Origin: Phyllobates terribilis
Taxonomy: Eukaryota
DNA length: 64,000 nt
Reading direction: 5' to 3'
Assembly (NCBI RefSeq): GCF_046119375.1
Contig: NW_027362771.1
Span: 459,358,001 to 459,422,000 of the forward strand
Shown here: positions 35,533 through 49,275 of the stretch, piece by piece
Position numbering within the stretch: position 1 is the stretch's first letter
How the letters are laid out: every line of letters starts with the position of its first letter
Notes under the pieces: generated by a model
Database searches by the model: none
Told to the model about the DNA's origin: nothing
Seen by the model: only the letters and a program-made list of their open reading frames with translations
Program-made: the position numbers and the translations under genes

Positions 35533-38448
35533 CTAGGACCTGTACAGCCATACGAATTGTTGAAAAGAAATCAACCAGACTGATTCACTTTAACCTTTGT
35601 ATTCACTGCAGGATTTCTGAAACTATTTGTCCCTGGAACATAAGAAAAACTGTTGGCAAACAACGAGGGCAAATTGAACCATATAGCAGCATACCATATA
35701 CAGTTTTCCATTGAAAAGCTAAGCAAACAATGCTATGTTACGGCTAAAGTCTTATGCTGTCATTTAATTATTTTTTGTTTTTGTTGGAATTAGGTGGATT
35801 CTAGCCAATAGCTGACTGTAACTAATCATCTTACAAGCCATGCATATTAGTAAATTGATTGAGAGCACTAAAACCGTTGGTAACTGTTAAGATTTTGGAA
35901 ATATTCATCTAGACGGAGACTTGCTGATCAGAAATAGGTATTTCCATCTAAATCACTCCACCCAGAAGTACCGACTCACTGCTCAACGACATGGAATGGA
36001 ATAACCAGCTCTTTTGTCTGCAAAACTAGGCTTTGTCTCTTGGACGGATATTTATTTTCTGATTCCAGTCAATTGCTTTGAGTCACACATCCCTTGTACA
36101 GTGGAGTCACGCTGGTTGGACGCCAAATGGTATCTGACATTGAGCTCCAAGTAATGTGTTGAGTTAAAAGAGCAGTCACTGAGCAAATACTGCTCAGATC
36201 AGCAGGGCCTTTCTGTGTTGGGTATTTTTTCATACAAGGGACGATATAGGGAGTGTTAGTTGTTGATATAGCTGTCTAGGCCAGATGCATTGTACCTTTG
36301 ATTTTCCTGCTGACCACAATGGTATTCATTATGGCCACCTGCATAGCAAATTAAATATATTGTTTCCTAGATGGTAATTTCGACAAAAAGACCACAGTTA
36401 GTTTTCATTTCTTTTTCAATTAAGGGAACATTCAGACAAGCATAGCTATATATTCAATGAAGAATAAAAAAGTTAAATATACCAGAGGAAGTGATGAAGC
36501 AATTACACAAGTAAAATTCCTCCGGGCATACGTTCAATTAATTCTTTGTTAGATGTTAGACTGAGCTGTAACCATCTGCACACACTACACGTGGAAATCT
36601 AAAGAACTGCCTTTTTCTCATCTCTGTGATTGTTAAATAGAAATCCATTGTCTTGAAATTCTGTATATCATATCTATCCATTTATAAAATAATATCTGAC
36701 AAAATACCCAATACTCACTCTTAGAGCTCATGCACATGGCCAAGTGTAAAACATTGGATCGCACTCGGACCAATGTTATGCTATGGGGCCGTGCACGTGT
36801 CCAATCTGCGGAAAAAAATTGCAGCATGCCCGAGTTTGATCGGATATTCTGACTACACTCCTCCATGCAAGTAAATCAGTGCGTGGAAAACATCAGACTG
36901 CATTCGGATGGCATCTGAGTGCAGTCTGATTTCCATGGACTGACACAATTCAGAAGATGCAGAATTTTTTTTTTCTCCATGTTCACTCATCAGAAAGAAT
37001 TGGCTCACTCTCTGATCAAACTCGAATGAGAGTTTGATTAGAGTGTGATTTGTATAATCTTACCGATTCTCTTGGATGAGAGAATCTATGGTCATCTATA
37101 CCGGCCCTTATAGCCAATACTTCTCCAGTACCACCGACGCTGCAGTGCCCACCTGTATGTTTTTTACTTCTGGGCAACTGATCCAGATAACCACTGGCCT
37201 AATTGGTAATACTGTGTCATCTAAGCATATGATTACTGAGGTCAGTGATCACATGCCGTTAAAGCACATGACAGCTTTGGCCAATCATTAGCCTCAGCGT
37301 TGATAACTCTAAGGTCACTGATTGGCCACAGCTTTCTTGTGAGTAGATGGCAGTGGTCTGAAAGCAAGCAGAGAATGGTAAGAGCTGGAGTGGCGGGTAA
37401 GGTTTGGCTGTGTTATTGTATTAGCACATTCCCTGCCTTCTGAAAATAATGCTATGCAACCTCTTTTACTTCTGAAATAAATACCGTCATCATTTTTTTT
37501 TGGTTGGAAATAATTTTTAATGATACTATGATATCAGATTAAAACAAATACAATACATCAACATATTGCAATAATCCAATCTCACATAGTGTCCTTCTTA
37601 TATAGGCCTCCCATACATGAATCTATAGGGAGCCTGCTTCCCATATAAAGGCAGTAAGAAAAATAAGGTCCGTATACAATGTATGTTCCCTATGAAAATC
37701 ACAATTGTCCTCACAGTAATATTTTCTGACTACTTACTATTGCCAAAGAGAACTTGATGTGAGAGGTGAAAACACAGAGGGGATTCTTTAAAGGAATATT
37801 TATGCAGAAAATGACATCTTGATTTAATCAGGTTTTTGCTAGAATAACATGTTTTGTTATATGACTACATAAAAACATCTTGAAGCATTCTTCTTTTCTA
37901 CTTCTCACAATGGCCACTAGAGCAGTCAGATACACTGATATTTTCTGTTTTTAGATGGTTAATGAAAACTAAACTATATTGCTGGAGGCCTAGATAAGGC
38001 ATGACAGAACTCTATACGCTCGGTATCCCCTGCCACTCCCTAAATAATAAAAATATATAGCAACAAGAGTTTTCTAAACATTAGTTTCGGCATACTAAAT
38101 CTAATTAACTAAAACTAAATACATGAGATGTTACTTTAAAATGTTATATACAACCAGAGGCAAAGGTTGGATAGTATGTTTGCTGGGACTGCCTGCTGGT
38201 AGAGGTGAAGAGAGAGCTGAATCATGCACAGCCTGGACACAGAGTGGTTGATGCAATGCAACAGTATAACAAAGAGTGAAAATAAGAAAAGACCCTTTAA
38301 TGTAGTATTTTTATTTCACACACTTATATATATACTTATATAAGATGTACCTATCTTGTTAGAACTTGTCATAGTTTATGATGTTTGGGGGCATAATTTA
38401 TGTCTTGGGTGATACTACTGTAATGATTCCACCCCTCAGTAATTCTTA

Positions 38449-39386
38449 GGCTATGTGCCCACATAGCGTTTTTGCGGCATTTTTATGGCTGCGAAAACGC
38501 TGCGATAATGCTTGTAAAACAGTCTGCCATGCAAAGCAATGTGAATTCGGATGTGCTGTGCACATGATGCACAAATTCGCATTGCGTTGCAAAACGCAGC
38601 ATGACCATTTCTACCATGATTACGCTGCAAATTCGCGCCCATTGAGGAACATTGAAACGCAGAAAACCCGCAGGTATATGTGGATTTTCTGCGTTTCAAT
38701 TAAAGTCAATGGCCGCGAATTTGCAGCGTAATCGCAGTGCGTGTGGTACCCGGGATGAAGAGGAGACTACAACTCCTCTTCATCCCGGCTACCACAAGGT
38801 GAAAAAAAGAAATAAAAAAGTTAAAAATAAACAAAACCTGTATATTCACCTCTCCGGCGGCCCCCGGTGTACTGTCAGGACCTGAGGTGACGTCATTTAG
38901 TCACCTGATGGTCACGTGACCACTAACGTCGGCGGTCAGGTGATGGTCGCGTGACCATCAGCTGACTAAATGACGTTACCGCAGGTCCTGACAGTACACT
39001 GCGGGACGCCGAAGAGAGAGGATTGCCGGATCGCCACTGGGAGCAGACTGGAGGAGACTGGAGAGGTGAGTATACAAGTTTTTTTTTTATTTTTAACGTT
39101 TTAATTCTTTTTTTTTTACTATAGATGCTGCATTTAAAGCATCAGTTATTCACACATTATAAATCCATGCCGGTTGCATGGATTTATATTGTGTGACCAA
39201 CTTGTCAAGCACTTTTCCAAGTGATGCTCAAAATCGCTTGGAAAACTGCTTGAAAAAACGCATGCAAAAACGCTGAAAAAACGCTTCTCTCTGGCAGAAA
39301 AAACACATGTAAATCTGCATGCGTTTTTTTCTGCCAGAGAGAGGCAAAAACGCTCTGCATCAAATCTGCTAAGTGGGCACATAGCC
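38449..39386. mobile_element. Harbinger/PIF-like MITE
   Basis: TIR GGCTATGTGCCCAC / GTGGGCACATAGCC; TTA TSD on both sides. Confidence 0.8.
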
Positions 39387-39409
39387 TTAGGATGCAGTGA
39401 TTAATAGCC

Positions 39410-40003
39410 CGGTCGTCCACTCTGGTGCAGGGACGTGCTGAGCTGTCTGTGCAGTGATTCACAGCTCAATCATCCAGTCTGATGCAGGGGTGTGCTGAGC
39501 TGTCTGTGCAGTGATTCACAGCTCAGTTGTCCAGTCTGGTGCAGGGGCATGCTGAGCTGTCTGTGCAGTGATTCACAGCTCAATCATCCAGTCTGATGCA
39601 GGGGTGTGCTGAGTTGTCTGTGCAGTGATTCACAGCTCAATCATCCAGTCTGGTGCAGGGACGTGCTGAGCTGTTTGTGCAGTGATTCACAGCTGAATCG
39701 TCCAGTCTGGTGCAGGGACGTGCTGAGCTGTTTGTGCAGTGATTCACAGCTGAATCGTCCAGTCTGGTGCAGGGACGTGCTGAGCTGTTTGTGCAGTGAT
39801 TCACAGCTCAATCATCCAGTCTGATGCAGGGGTATGCTGAGCTATCTGTGCAGTGATTCACAGCTCAATCATCCAGTCTGATGCAGGGGCATGCTGAGCT
39901 GTCTGTGCAGTGATTCACAGCTTAGTTGTCCAGTCTGGTGCAGGGGCATGCTGAGCTGTCTGTTCAGTGATTCACAGCTGAATCGTCCAGTCTGGTGCAG
40001 GGG
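39410..40003. repeat. 57-bp minisatellite, ~10 copies
   Basis: Unit approximately CCAGTCTGGTGCAGGGACGTGCTGAGCTGTCTGTGCAGTGATTCACAGCTCAATCAT. Confidence 0.95.
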
Positions 40004-41502
40004 CCACTGCTACCACTCAGGTTGTATCTTATAGCCTACCTTCATATGCATTTTTGGTATTCCTTACCTGAATATTGCTTCAGACTATTATTATATCTGT
40101 TAAATACTAAAATATATGTGCACTATTAAAATGGCACTCTTTTGCATAAAGCACTTTATAATGAATTTGCACTGTGGCACTTTATAAATAATTTGTGATT
40201 TCTGAAAAAGAATTCTCTTCATAGATATAAGCTTACAGTATATGATATTTGATATGCGTTTGTTTCCCATTTGGGATGTAATTTATTGCTCTACAAATAC
40301 AAGAATATAACGCTTATGGCCATAATGGGCATCCTTACTGTCTGAATGAGCTAATGCATATGTATATATATTACCATAGGACTCTGTCCTAGCTACTGTA
40401 AAAGCATACATATTTTTGAGCATCCTGAGTTGTGTAGTTATCTTTGCAGATGTTTTCCCCCATTTTTAGTGTTTTTATTACTATATGTGTTTTTGTATCA
40501 ATAAATATTTTTTTGGAATATATTAAGTGAGCTTAAGCCTCTCTTTCTTCATGAGGTTTCTTTGATGTATCTTGGAAGTGCCCCTGTACCTTGTTAAGTT
40601 GTTTCTTTTGGTTTATCTTATACTCACTGGCAGTTTCTGGTGGCGCACGTACAGCATGCTTTGTCACCCAGCTAAGATGGCAGGGGGTGTCACGGGGCAA
40701 TCATAGGCCAACATTGGCCAGTGATGATAGCTGGACAGAGGACAGAGCAGGCTTGGTGGCCACTTGGGGCTCTGAGAATCCTATTTAACCTATGTATATT
40801 GTTCACCTTGTCCCAGCGGTTTCATTTATATACTACCATCGTACCATTGGACTGGTATATTGGTGTTCTGATCTGGCACGTCCTTTAATCATTCTTTTGG
40901 ATTAACCCTGGATGCTCACTTTGGTTTAACCGGTTCCCGACCACCCACTGTACATAAACGTCGGTGCTGCCTGGGCTCTGTGCAGCGCCGATGTTTAAAA
41001 ACGGTGGGTGGTCCCGCAGCCCTCAGGACCCCCAGGGTCCTGCTAGCGCTGCGGTACCGGTTCAGAGCGATAGCTCTGACATGTGGCATCATGGGGACCT
41101 GATTGGATCAGGTCCCCATGATGTTAACCTGTTCCTATCTTCTAGATGCCGCGATCCATAGCGATCGCGGCATTTAAAAGATAGTGACAGCCGGTGGTCA
41201 GCGATCGGGACCCCCCACATACCTGCCAGTGGCGGGGATCCCGGTGCTGTGACCTCTGACATCATCGAGACCTGATTGGCTCAGGTCTCGATGATGTCAG
41301 CGTCACACCAGCCAATCAGAGAGATCACCAGGGAAGTTTGTTTTAGCAACAAACTTTCCCGGGCGATCTGCCTGATAAATACATTGTTTCTCCTCCGATC
41401 TCAGTGAGAGAGCAGAGGAGAAACACTGTGACAAGAGCTGTCAGCCTTGCCACAGTAAAAGTGAAAAAAATAAAATAAAAAAGAAAGTAAGAGTTAGGGT
41501 TA

Positions 41503-41842
41503 GTCAGTCCTGTCAGATCAGTCAGTCAGTCCTGTCAGATCTGTCAGTCAGTCCTGTCAGATCTGTCAGTCAGTCAGTCCTGTCAGATCTGTCAGTCAGT
41601 CCCGTCAGTCAGTCAGTCCTGTCAGATCAGTTCAGTCAGTCAGTCCTGTCAGATCAGTCAGTCCTGTCAGATCAGTCAGTCCTGTCAGTCAGTCAGTCCT
41701 GTCAGATCAGTCCAGTCAGTCGTGTCAGATCAGTCAGTCAGTCCTGTCAGATCAGTCCGGTCAGTCCAGTCCAGTCCGGTCAGTCCAGTCCGGTCCCGTC
41801 CTTTCAGTCCGGTCCGTTCAGTCCGGTCCGTTCAGTCCAGTC
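41503..41842. repeat. (GTCA)n-based compound microsatellite upstream of the transposase
   Basis: GTCAGTCCTGTCAGATC-type repeats ending just before the ATG at 41861. Confidence 0.9.
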
Positions 41843-41860
41843 AAAAAATATAAAAATAAA

Positions 41861-43666
41861 ATGGCCCGTCAGACTTATACCGCAGAAGAGGTGTATGCCC
41901 TGCTATGTTCTGACACTGATGACAGTGCAATCTCAGATGGAGATATGGATTTTGAGGGCTTTAGTAGCGGCGACACTGAGAGCTCAGAAATGAGCAGTGA
42001 TTCTGTTCCATCCTCAAGCCCAAGGACCAGTACAGCAATAGGGGCAAATAGCGCTACTGGAGAATCGTCTCCAAATCAGGGAACACTGCCCAGTACAAGC
42101 GCTGTCCCTGCTACTAGTGAATTGGCGCACGCCAGTGTACAAGGGGCATTGCCACATGATCTAGCATTTCCCAGATGGGAGGCTTCGGATTCGGCTGCTC
42201 CATTCAGCCCTCATTTCAATGACACTCCTGGTATAAATGTGGAGGTGGAAGATTTTGGACCAATTCATTTTTTTAATTTGTTTTTTTACAGGCAGCTTGC
42301 TAGAGCATATTGTCGTGCAAACAAATTTATATGCATCCCAATTCATAAGCCAGAATCCCCGATCTTACTATGCTAGGGCAAATTTATGGACACCAACTAA
42401 TGTCCCAGAAATAAAAAAATTTTTAGGACTTACATTTGCCATGGGGCTTGTTAAAAAACCGAGCATTCGATCCTAATGGTCCAACCACCCTGTTCAAGCC
42501 ACCCCTATGTTTTCAGTCGTTCTGCCTAGGACCCGTTATGAAATGCTCATGCGGTTTTGGCATTTTAACGACAATAGTCAATGCCTGCCCAGAAATGCCC
42601 CAGAACATGACAGGTTATATAAAATTAGACCCATCATGAAAAATTCTTAAGCCTCTACACCCCAACACAAAATATTTCTATAGATGAGTCCCTTGTAAAA
42701 TTCAAAGGAAGACTGCACCTCAAACAATTTATCCCATCTAAAAGGGCAAGGTTTGGAATAAAGCTCTATAAAATGTGTGAAAGTTCAACCTTATACACAT
42801 CCGCTTTTTGCATATATGAGGGGAAAGATAGCCAACTAAACCCACCAGGATGCCCTACTTATCTGGGGACATCTGGAAAAATTGTTTGGGAGCTGATAAG
42901 TCCATTTTTTCAAAAAGGCTACAATCTATATGTGGACAATTATTACACCAGCATACCCCTATTTAAAAGTCTGGTTGAACACAACATCGGGGCTTGTGGG
43001 ACCATCCGTAAAAACCGTCAGGGGTTTCCACAACCATTGGTCAACCAATAGTTTCAAAAGGGGCAGTCAGGTGCTGTACGCAACGGAGAGCTGCTTGCCC
43101 TGAAATATAGGGATAAGAGGGATATTTTTGTCCTCAGCTCGATCCACACAGATGCCACAAGGGCCACTGTAGAACTAGGATCCACCACTCCGAAGCAAAA
43201 ACCTGTGTCAGTCATTGACTACAACAAACACATGGGGGGTGTGAACCTTGCAGACCAGGTTCTACAGCCATACCAGGTATCAAGAAAGTCCTATACCTGG
43301 TATAAAAAGTTGGTTATTTATTTGTTTCAGGTGGCCACATGCAATTCTTTTGTGTTGTACAAAAAAGCAGGAAATTCAGATCCTTTTCTTGATTATCAAG
43401 AAAAGGTAATTGAAAATTTTGTCTTTCAAAGTGTTAGCCCCGCTCATCCATTAGAATCTGAGGATGTGAAAAGACTCACTGAGCGACATTTTATTGCACT
43501 TATTCCAGCAACGAAAACAAGAAGGAACCCCCAGAAAAGATGTCGTGTATATACTAAGAGAGGAATGAGGCGTGATACCCGCTACTATTGCCCACAATGC
43601 CCATCATTGCCAGCCTTATGCGTCACTGACTGCTTTAAAATCTTCCACACAGAACCACGTTTTTAA
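41861..43666 (+). pseudogene. PGBD4-like piggyBac transposase pseudogene
   Basis: Acidic N-terminus; SIDESL, YVDNYYTS and YNKHMGGVNLAD motifs; C-terminal cysteine-rich domain (YYCPQCPSLPALCVTDCFKIFH). Frameshifts and stops present. Confidence 0.9.
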
Positions 43667-43870
43667 ACTGTAAAAATGTATCCCAATTTGTCATTCAAAC
43701 ATTTGGTTCATTTAGTGAATGACACCAGGGGGGGGTTCTCCAGAATCTAAACCTTCCATTGCGTGCTTGTTTCTGGAAATCATCCATTGAGTTAAAATGG
43801 TCACTAAACCCATAGATGAATTCCCAGAGGGGTGTCATTTCCAAAATGGGGTCACTTCAGGGGGGATTCT

Positions 43871-44086
43871 AATAGAATCATAGAATCATAGAATGGTAGA
43901 GTTGGAAGGGACCTCCTGGGTCATCTGGTCCAATCCCCTGCTCAAAGCAGGATTCACTAGATCATCTCAGACAGATGTCTGTCCAGCCTCTGTTTGAAGA
44001 CGTCCATTGAAGGGGAACTCACCACCTCTCGTGGCAGCCTGTTCCACTCATTAATCACCCTAACTGTCAAAAAGTTTTTTCTAATA
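43871..44086 (-). mobile_element. 5'-truncated CR1 LINE 3' end (second CR1 subfamily)
   Basis: RKNFLTVRVINEWNRLPREVVSSPSMDVFKQRLD ORF2 C-terminus; (ATTCTATG)n tail. Confidence 0.9.
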
Positions 44087-45856
44087 GATTCTTTAGCTCT
44101 GGTACTCTGAAAAGTGCCAGAACAGCATAATCCCCCCTGAAGTGACCCCATTATGGAAATGACACCTCTGTGGGAATTCATCTATGGGTTTAGTGACCAT
44201 TTACCTATCTACTTATTTTCCCACCACTAGATTAATTTATACAGAGGAGTAGATTGTAAAATTCGGTCACTTGTTGTGGGTTTTCTCTGTTTAGGCACCT
44301 CAGGGGCTCTCCAAATGCAACATGGCGTCCGCTGTCGATTCCAGTCAAATTTCCATTCCAAAAGTCAAATGGCGCTCCTTACCTTCCGAGCCATGCCGTG
44401 CGCCCAAACAGTGGTTTTGCACCACATATGGGGTATCAGCGTGCTCAGGAGAAATTGCACAACACATTTTGGGGTCCATTTTTTTTGGCTGCCCTTGTGA
44501 AAATTAAAAATTTGAGGCTAAAGTAGCAGTTTTGTGTTAAAAATGTGTTTTTTTATTTTCACACTTCAACATTATAAAATTCTGTGAAGCCCCTGGGGGT
44601 TCAAGGTGCTCACCACACATCTAGATAAGTTCCTTGAGGGGTCTAGTTTCCAAAATGGGGTGACTTGTTGGGGGTTTCCTCTGTTTAGGCACCTCAGGGG
44701 CTCTCCAAATGCAACATGGCGTCCGCTATCGATTCCAGTCAAATTTCCATTCCAAAAGTCAAATGGCGCTCCTTACCTTCCAAGCCATGCCGTGCGCCCA
44801 AACAGTGGCTTTGCACCACATATGGGGTATCAGCGTGCTCAGGAGAAATTGCACAACACATTTTGGGGTCCATTTTTTCTGGCTGCCCTTGTGAAAATTA
44901 AAAATTTGAGGTTAAAGTAGCAGTTTTGTGAAAAAAAGTTAAATGTTCATTGTTTTCTTCCACATTCCAAAAATTCCTGTGAAGCACCTGAAGGGTTAAT
45001 AAACTTCTTGAATGTGGTTTTGAGCACCTTGAGGGGTGCAGTTTTTAGAATGGCATCACTTTTGGGTATTTTCTGTCATAAAGGCTCCTCAAAGTCACTT
45101 CAAATAAGATGTGGTCCCTAAAAAAATGTTTTTGTAAATTTTGTTGTAAAAATGAGAAATCGCTGGTCAACTTTTAACCCTTATAGCTTCCTAACAAAAA
45201 AAATGTTGGTTCCAAAATTGTGCTGATGTGAAGTAGACATGTGGGAAATGTTATTTATTAACTATTTTGTGTGACATATCTCTCTGATTAAAGGGCATGA
45301 AAATTCAAAGTTTGAAAATTGCAAAATTTTCAAAATTTTCGCCAAATTTCCGATTTTTTCACAAATAAACGCAAGTGATATCGAAGAAATTTTACCACTA
45401 TCATGAAGTACAATATGTCACAAAAAAACAGTCTCAGAATCAAGGGGATCCGTTGAAGCGTTCCAGAGTAATTACCTCATAAAATGACAGTGGTCAGGAT
45501 TGAAAAAATTGGCCGGGTCACGAAGGCAAAAACAGGCTCTGGCGCAAAGTGGTTAACCCAGAACTAGGAAAGAGAAAGTGTCCCAGCCACCATTACCTAT
45601 TCCTCTGCTGTTCGCTGCTCGGATAACAGCTCTGCCATGATACGTGACTCAGAACTACTTGATTCTTTGGGCATCTGTTCTGCCTGAAATTTTGGATTCT
45701 GACCCAGTTATACTATAGCTGTCTGCATATTTGGATATCATTTTTTTTTCCCTTCATCGGACAGCAGTTGCTCCACAGATTCAATCCGGGAGTCCTTGCA
45801 GCAAAAAACAGATCCTTGTATAAGTGATAAAGGGTGAAAGCCATGGAGCTTTTTAA

Positions 45857-47760
45857 CCCTAGAACGCATACCTGGGGCCTCGCATGCCTGCTAGGTTACT
45901 TGTTTTCTATTTTCTGCAAGATTACTTTAGTTAGAATTTTGAAACTCTAGGTATTCCTCAGGTATATAGTTGTTAGTAATTTCTAGTTGTTCATATATTT
46001 TTATGCTGTAGGCATTTCGGTAAAACAACTCTTTTTTGGGACTACCCCATATTCACATACCTGGGGCCTTTTAGGCCTGTACTTGGTTTACATGTGATTC
46101 TCAGTCTTTTTGTCTGTACTGTTACTTAGAAGGAAACCATATCTCTTCAGGAAGAAAAAAAACATGGAAAAATATAACAAAAGAGGAACTATATGGTTAT
46201 ATTGCCCTTACTCTTCTAGCAGGATGTACAAAATTGTACGCTGTTCCAATCAGAGAATTATTTCTGAACCCTTTTTCAGATCCACACTACAAAGCCACAA
46301 TGTCAGTCAATAGATTTGAGAATATTTGGAGAAGCCTTCGTTTTGATGATAAGAGAACTCGTCCTGTGAGGTTGGAAACAGATAAATTAGCCCCTATTAG
46401 CTACATCTGGAATCTTTTCATCAAAAGCTGTACAAAGCTTTACCATTCTAATGACAATGTGACAGTGGATGAGCAACTTCTTGCCTTTAGGGGACGTTGC
46501 AAATTCATTCAGTATATGCCCAGTAAACCTGCCAAGTATGGCATAAAATTTTTCTGGATGTGTGATTCTACAAGCTATTATGGCATGAATGGCCTGATTT
46601 ACTGTGGCAAAGAAGCTGATGCTCCAGTCCAGAAAGACCTATCTTCTGACAAAAAACTTGCAGTACCAATTTTCAATTCTGGAAAAATATAACAATGGAC
46701 AACTGCTTTACCAATCTGGAACTGGGCAAATTTTTGCTTCAGAAAAAACTGACACTTGTTGGTACTATGAGGCCAAACCGCCGCAAAATTCCTCCAATCA
46801 TGAAGCACAATCCCAAGCGACCACTTTATGAGAGTGTCTTTGGTTTCTGCAATCAATCGACAATGGTATCTTATAAAGCAAAGAAAGAAAATCCGTGATA
46901 TTACTGAGTACAATGCATCATGATGGAAGTATTGACACCGATGACAGGAAACAGAAACTTGAAATCATATTGCATTATAATAAAAAAAAAGGAGGTGTGG
47001 ACAAGATGGATGAAATGATTGGAGAGTATTTGTGCAAGAGGCAGACAAAACGTTAGCCTGTAGTCATTTTTTATAATATCCTTGATGTGTCAGCCCTCAA
47101 TAGCTATATTGTTTATAGTGAAACTAATTCAGAATTCCATGCCAACAGGAAGGACAAGAGACGTCTATTCTTGACGGAACTTTGCTATGAACTTTTGATG
47201 CCTACCATGATGGAGCGAAGCAACGTGAAATGCTTGCCAAGGCAAATTACGGAAGCTATGATCCGATGTGGTATACATTTTCAGGAACATCCAGAGCCGA
47301 GAGAAAAAAAAGAAAGCGCTCTTATATTTGTCCAGCAAAGAAGGAAAGGAAATCTGAGGGATTCTGTACTACTTGTGGACAAAATGTCTGCAAGGAACAT
47401 TCTTCCGAAAAAATAATATGTGAAAATTGTTGGGGTAATCAGTAAAGTTGAAAAGGAAAGTTTTTGAAAAGAAACATTCCTGCACCATGTTTACTACAAC
47501 TTTTATATAATAAACTTTTAGACAAAAAAATCGTTATATATATATATAAAGAATTATATAGAATGCATATATTGGGCGTTTTAAGCCGGTGTAATTATTT
47601 TTTTTGTTTTATGCACATAATTATAATGTTTTGAAATATTCACATCTCAAATAAACTTTGAAAAGTATTTCTATTTGAGTTACTCCATGTTATTTGCACA
47701 CAGGCCTAAAAGGCCCCAGGTATGTGAAAGTGTAGATTTCTATGGTTGCGCATTCTAGGG
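45857..47760 (+). mobile_element. Canonical-type piggyBac transposon (1904 bp), decayed
   Basis: TTAA on both sides. TIR CCCTAGAA(C/T)GC. Internal repeat CATACCTGGGGCCT at both ends with asymmetric spacers, plus a third copy at ~46055. Confidence 0.92.
46234..47445 (+). pseudogene. piggyBac transposase pseudogene
   Basis: VTVDEQLLAFRGRC...KPAKYGIK; DNCFT...VGTMRPNR; YNKKKGGVDKMD; C-terminal CTTCGQNVCKEH. Several frameshifts. Confidence 0.9.
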
Positions 47761-49275
47761 TTAAACCTGCTGTGCTAGTGGAGTGGCTAGCACCAAACCA
47801 GACGCTTTAGATCAGTTTGCGCTGATGGATTGTTACAGGAATAGGTTGCAGCCAGGCATCTCTGTTAGAAACTAAAAAATGGGCATGTTGAAATCCAACA
47901 TACTTGATCCCTCTTTTCCTTGACGTTTTGTAGTTTGGGAAAAATCTGGTGTTCCCCATATACATTGGGTGGACTGCTGATCCTACTATTATTGGCAAGT
48001 TTACTTAATGTATCAGGCTTGAGATATTTGTAGATTAATTCAGAACATTCATACATTTTGTGAAAAAGTAATACTGAGTATGATTGAAATATTCAGTAAT
48101 TACTTGAAATGTAATTCAGTTATTCAGAACATTGTTACTTGGAGACGCATACTTTTGATTGTTTTGATAACAACTTACTTACTAGTCCTAATATACATAA
48201 TCTTTAGCAATGAAATGTATCATTTTTGGCTTTGGTTCTAGATGTTATGATGGTGTTGGCAGGCTGAAAAGCAGCCTAGATTGCTCTGACAAGTTTTGAA
48301 CTGAGACTTGACTCTCGTTGATATATTATATATAATTTTGTGGAAACTATAGTAAATCTTGGCTTCAGGTATAACACGCTAGATGTACATTACTATGTAT
48401 TATTCTATTTGTAGCGTGCTATTTTATTCTTGACATTGACTGTTGCGCCAGCTTTGTGCTAATAACCAATTTCCTGGATGAATGCACAGTAATTTCATAT
48501 CACTGAAGTGCTGGTCACTTAAAAAAGCTTCTTGGTGCATTGCAATGTACAGTACTGTCCATCTCTGAGACATCATTCAGAGTCAACATCATTTATTATT
48601 TTCCAGTTACCTGCTTATATAGTTTGCTGCTATATTTTTAAATACATTAACGGCTACCTGGCAGCTAATTAATATCAGGGCAGTATGTAGGAGACGCTGA
48701 TTCTATCAATTCAGCAATGAATATTTTATCCTCAAGTACCACAGCATTTAAAAAAAGCCGGGGACTTTGCCAATCGGGGGACTATTCCAAGAGTTGTCCA
48801 CTTTGCTCCCCTTAAGTGACATGTCTCTCCCTATACATATATATAAGGAGAGACCTGTCACTTAAGGGGAGTAGGGCGGGGAGAAGCCACCGGGGACCAA
48901 TCTCTTTTGGACTAATCACATGAGCAACATAGTCTCTGACTGGCTTTTACCCCTTCACCACCTTGGGTTTTTTCATTTTTGCTTTTTCGTACTTTGCTCC
49001 CCTTCTTCCCGGAGCCATAACTTTCTTATTTTTCTGTCAAAATGGCCATGTCAAGGCTTGTTTTTGTGGGACGAGTTGTACTTTTGAATGACACCATTGA
49101 TTTTATCATATAGTGTACTGGAAAACGGGAAAATCCAAGGGTTAAAAGAGTAACCATCATTTTCATTTTTTTCCATAAATCAATAGTACACATGAAAATA
49201 AGAAATATATAATATATCTTTTTAGAGAAAGATGCCCACATAATACCCACATGAAAGGACATCATGAACTATTGG

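Larger units (their letters stand above)
40930..45552 (+). mobile_element. piggyBac (PGBD4-like) element, decayed
   Basis: TTAA at 40926-29 and 45553-56; CC-starting degenerate TIRs; transposase remnant; 394-bp subterminal tandem repeats at 44270-45000. Confidence 0.85.

Noticed and set aside
35612-35714. Candidate exon after acceptor ttgtattcactgcag
   Set aside because: All three frames stop within ~35 codons and no good donor was found; kept out of the feature list.
39410-40003. CRISPR-like array
   Set aside because: Units are contiguous near-identical repeats with no unique spacers, there are no cas genes, and the context is eukaryotic. The same applies to 49731-50236 and 27335-28860.
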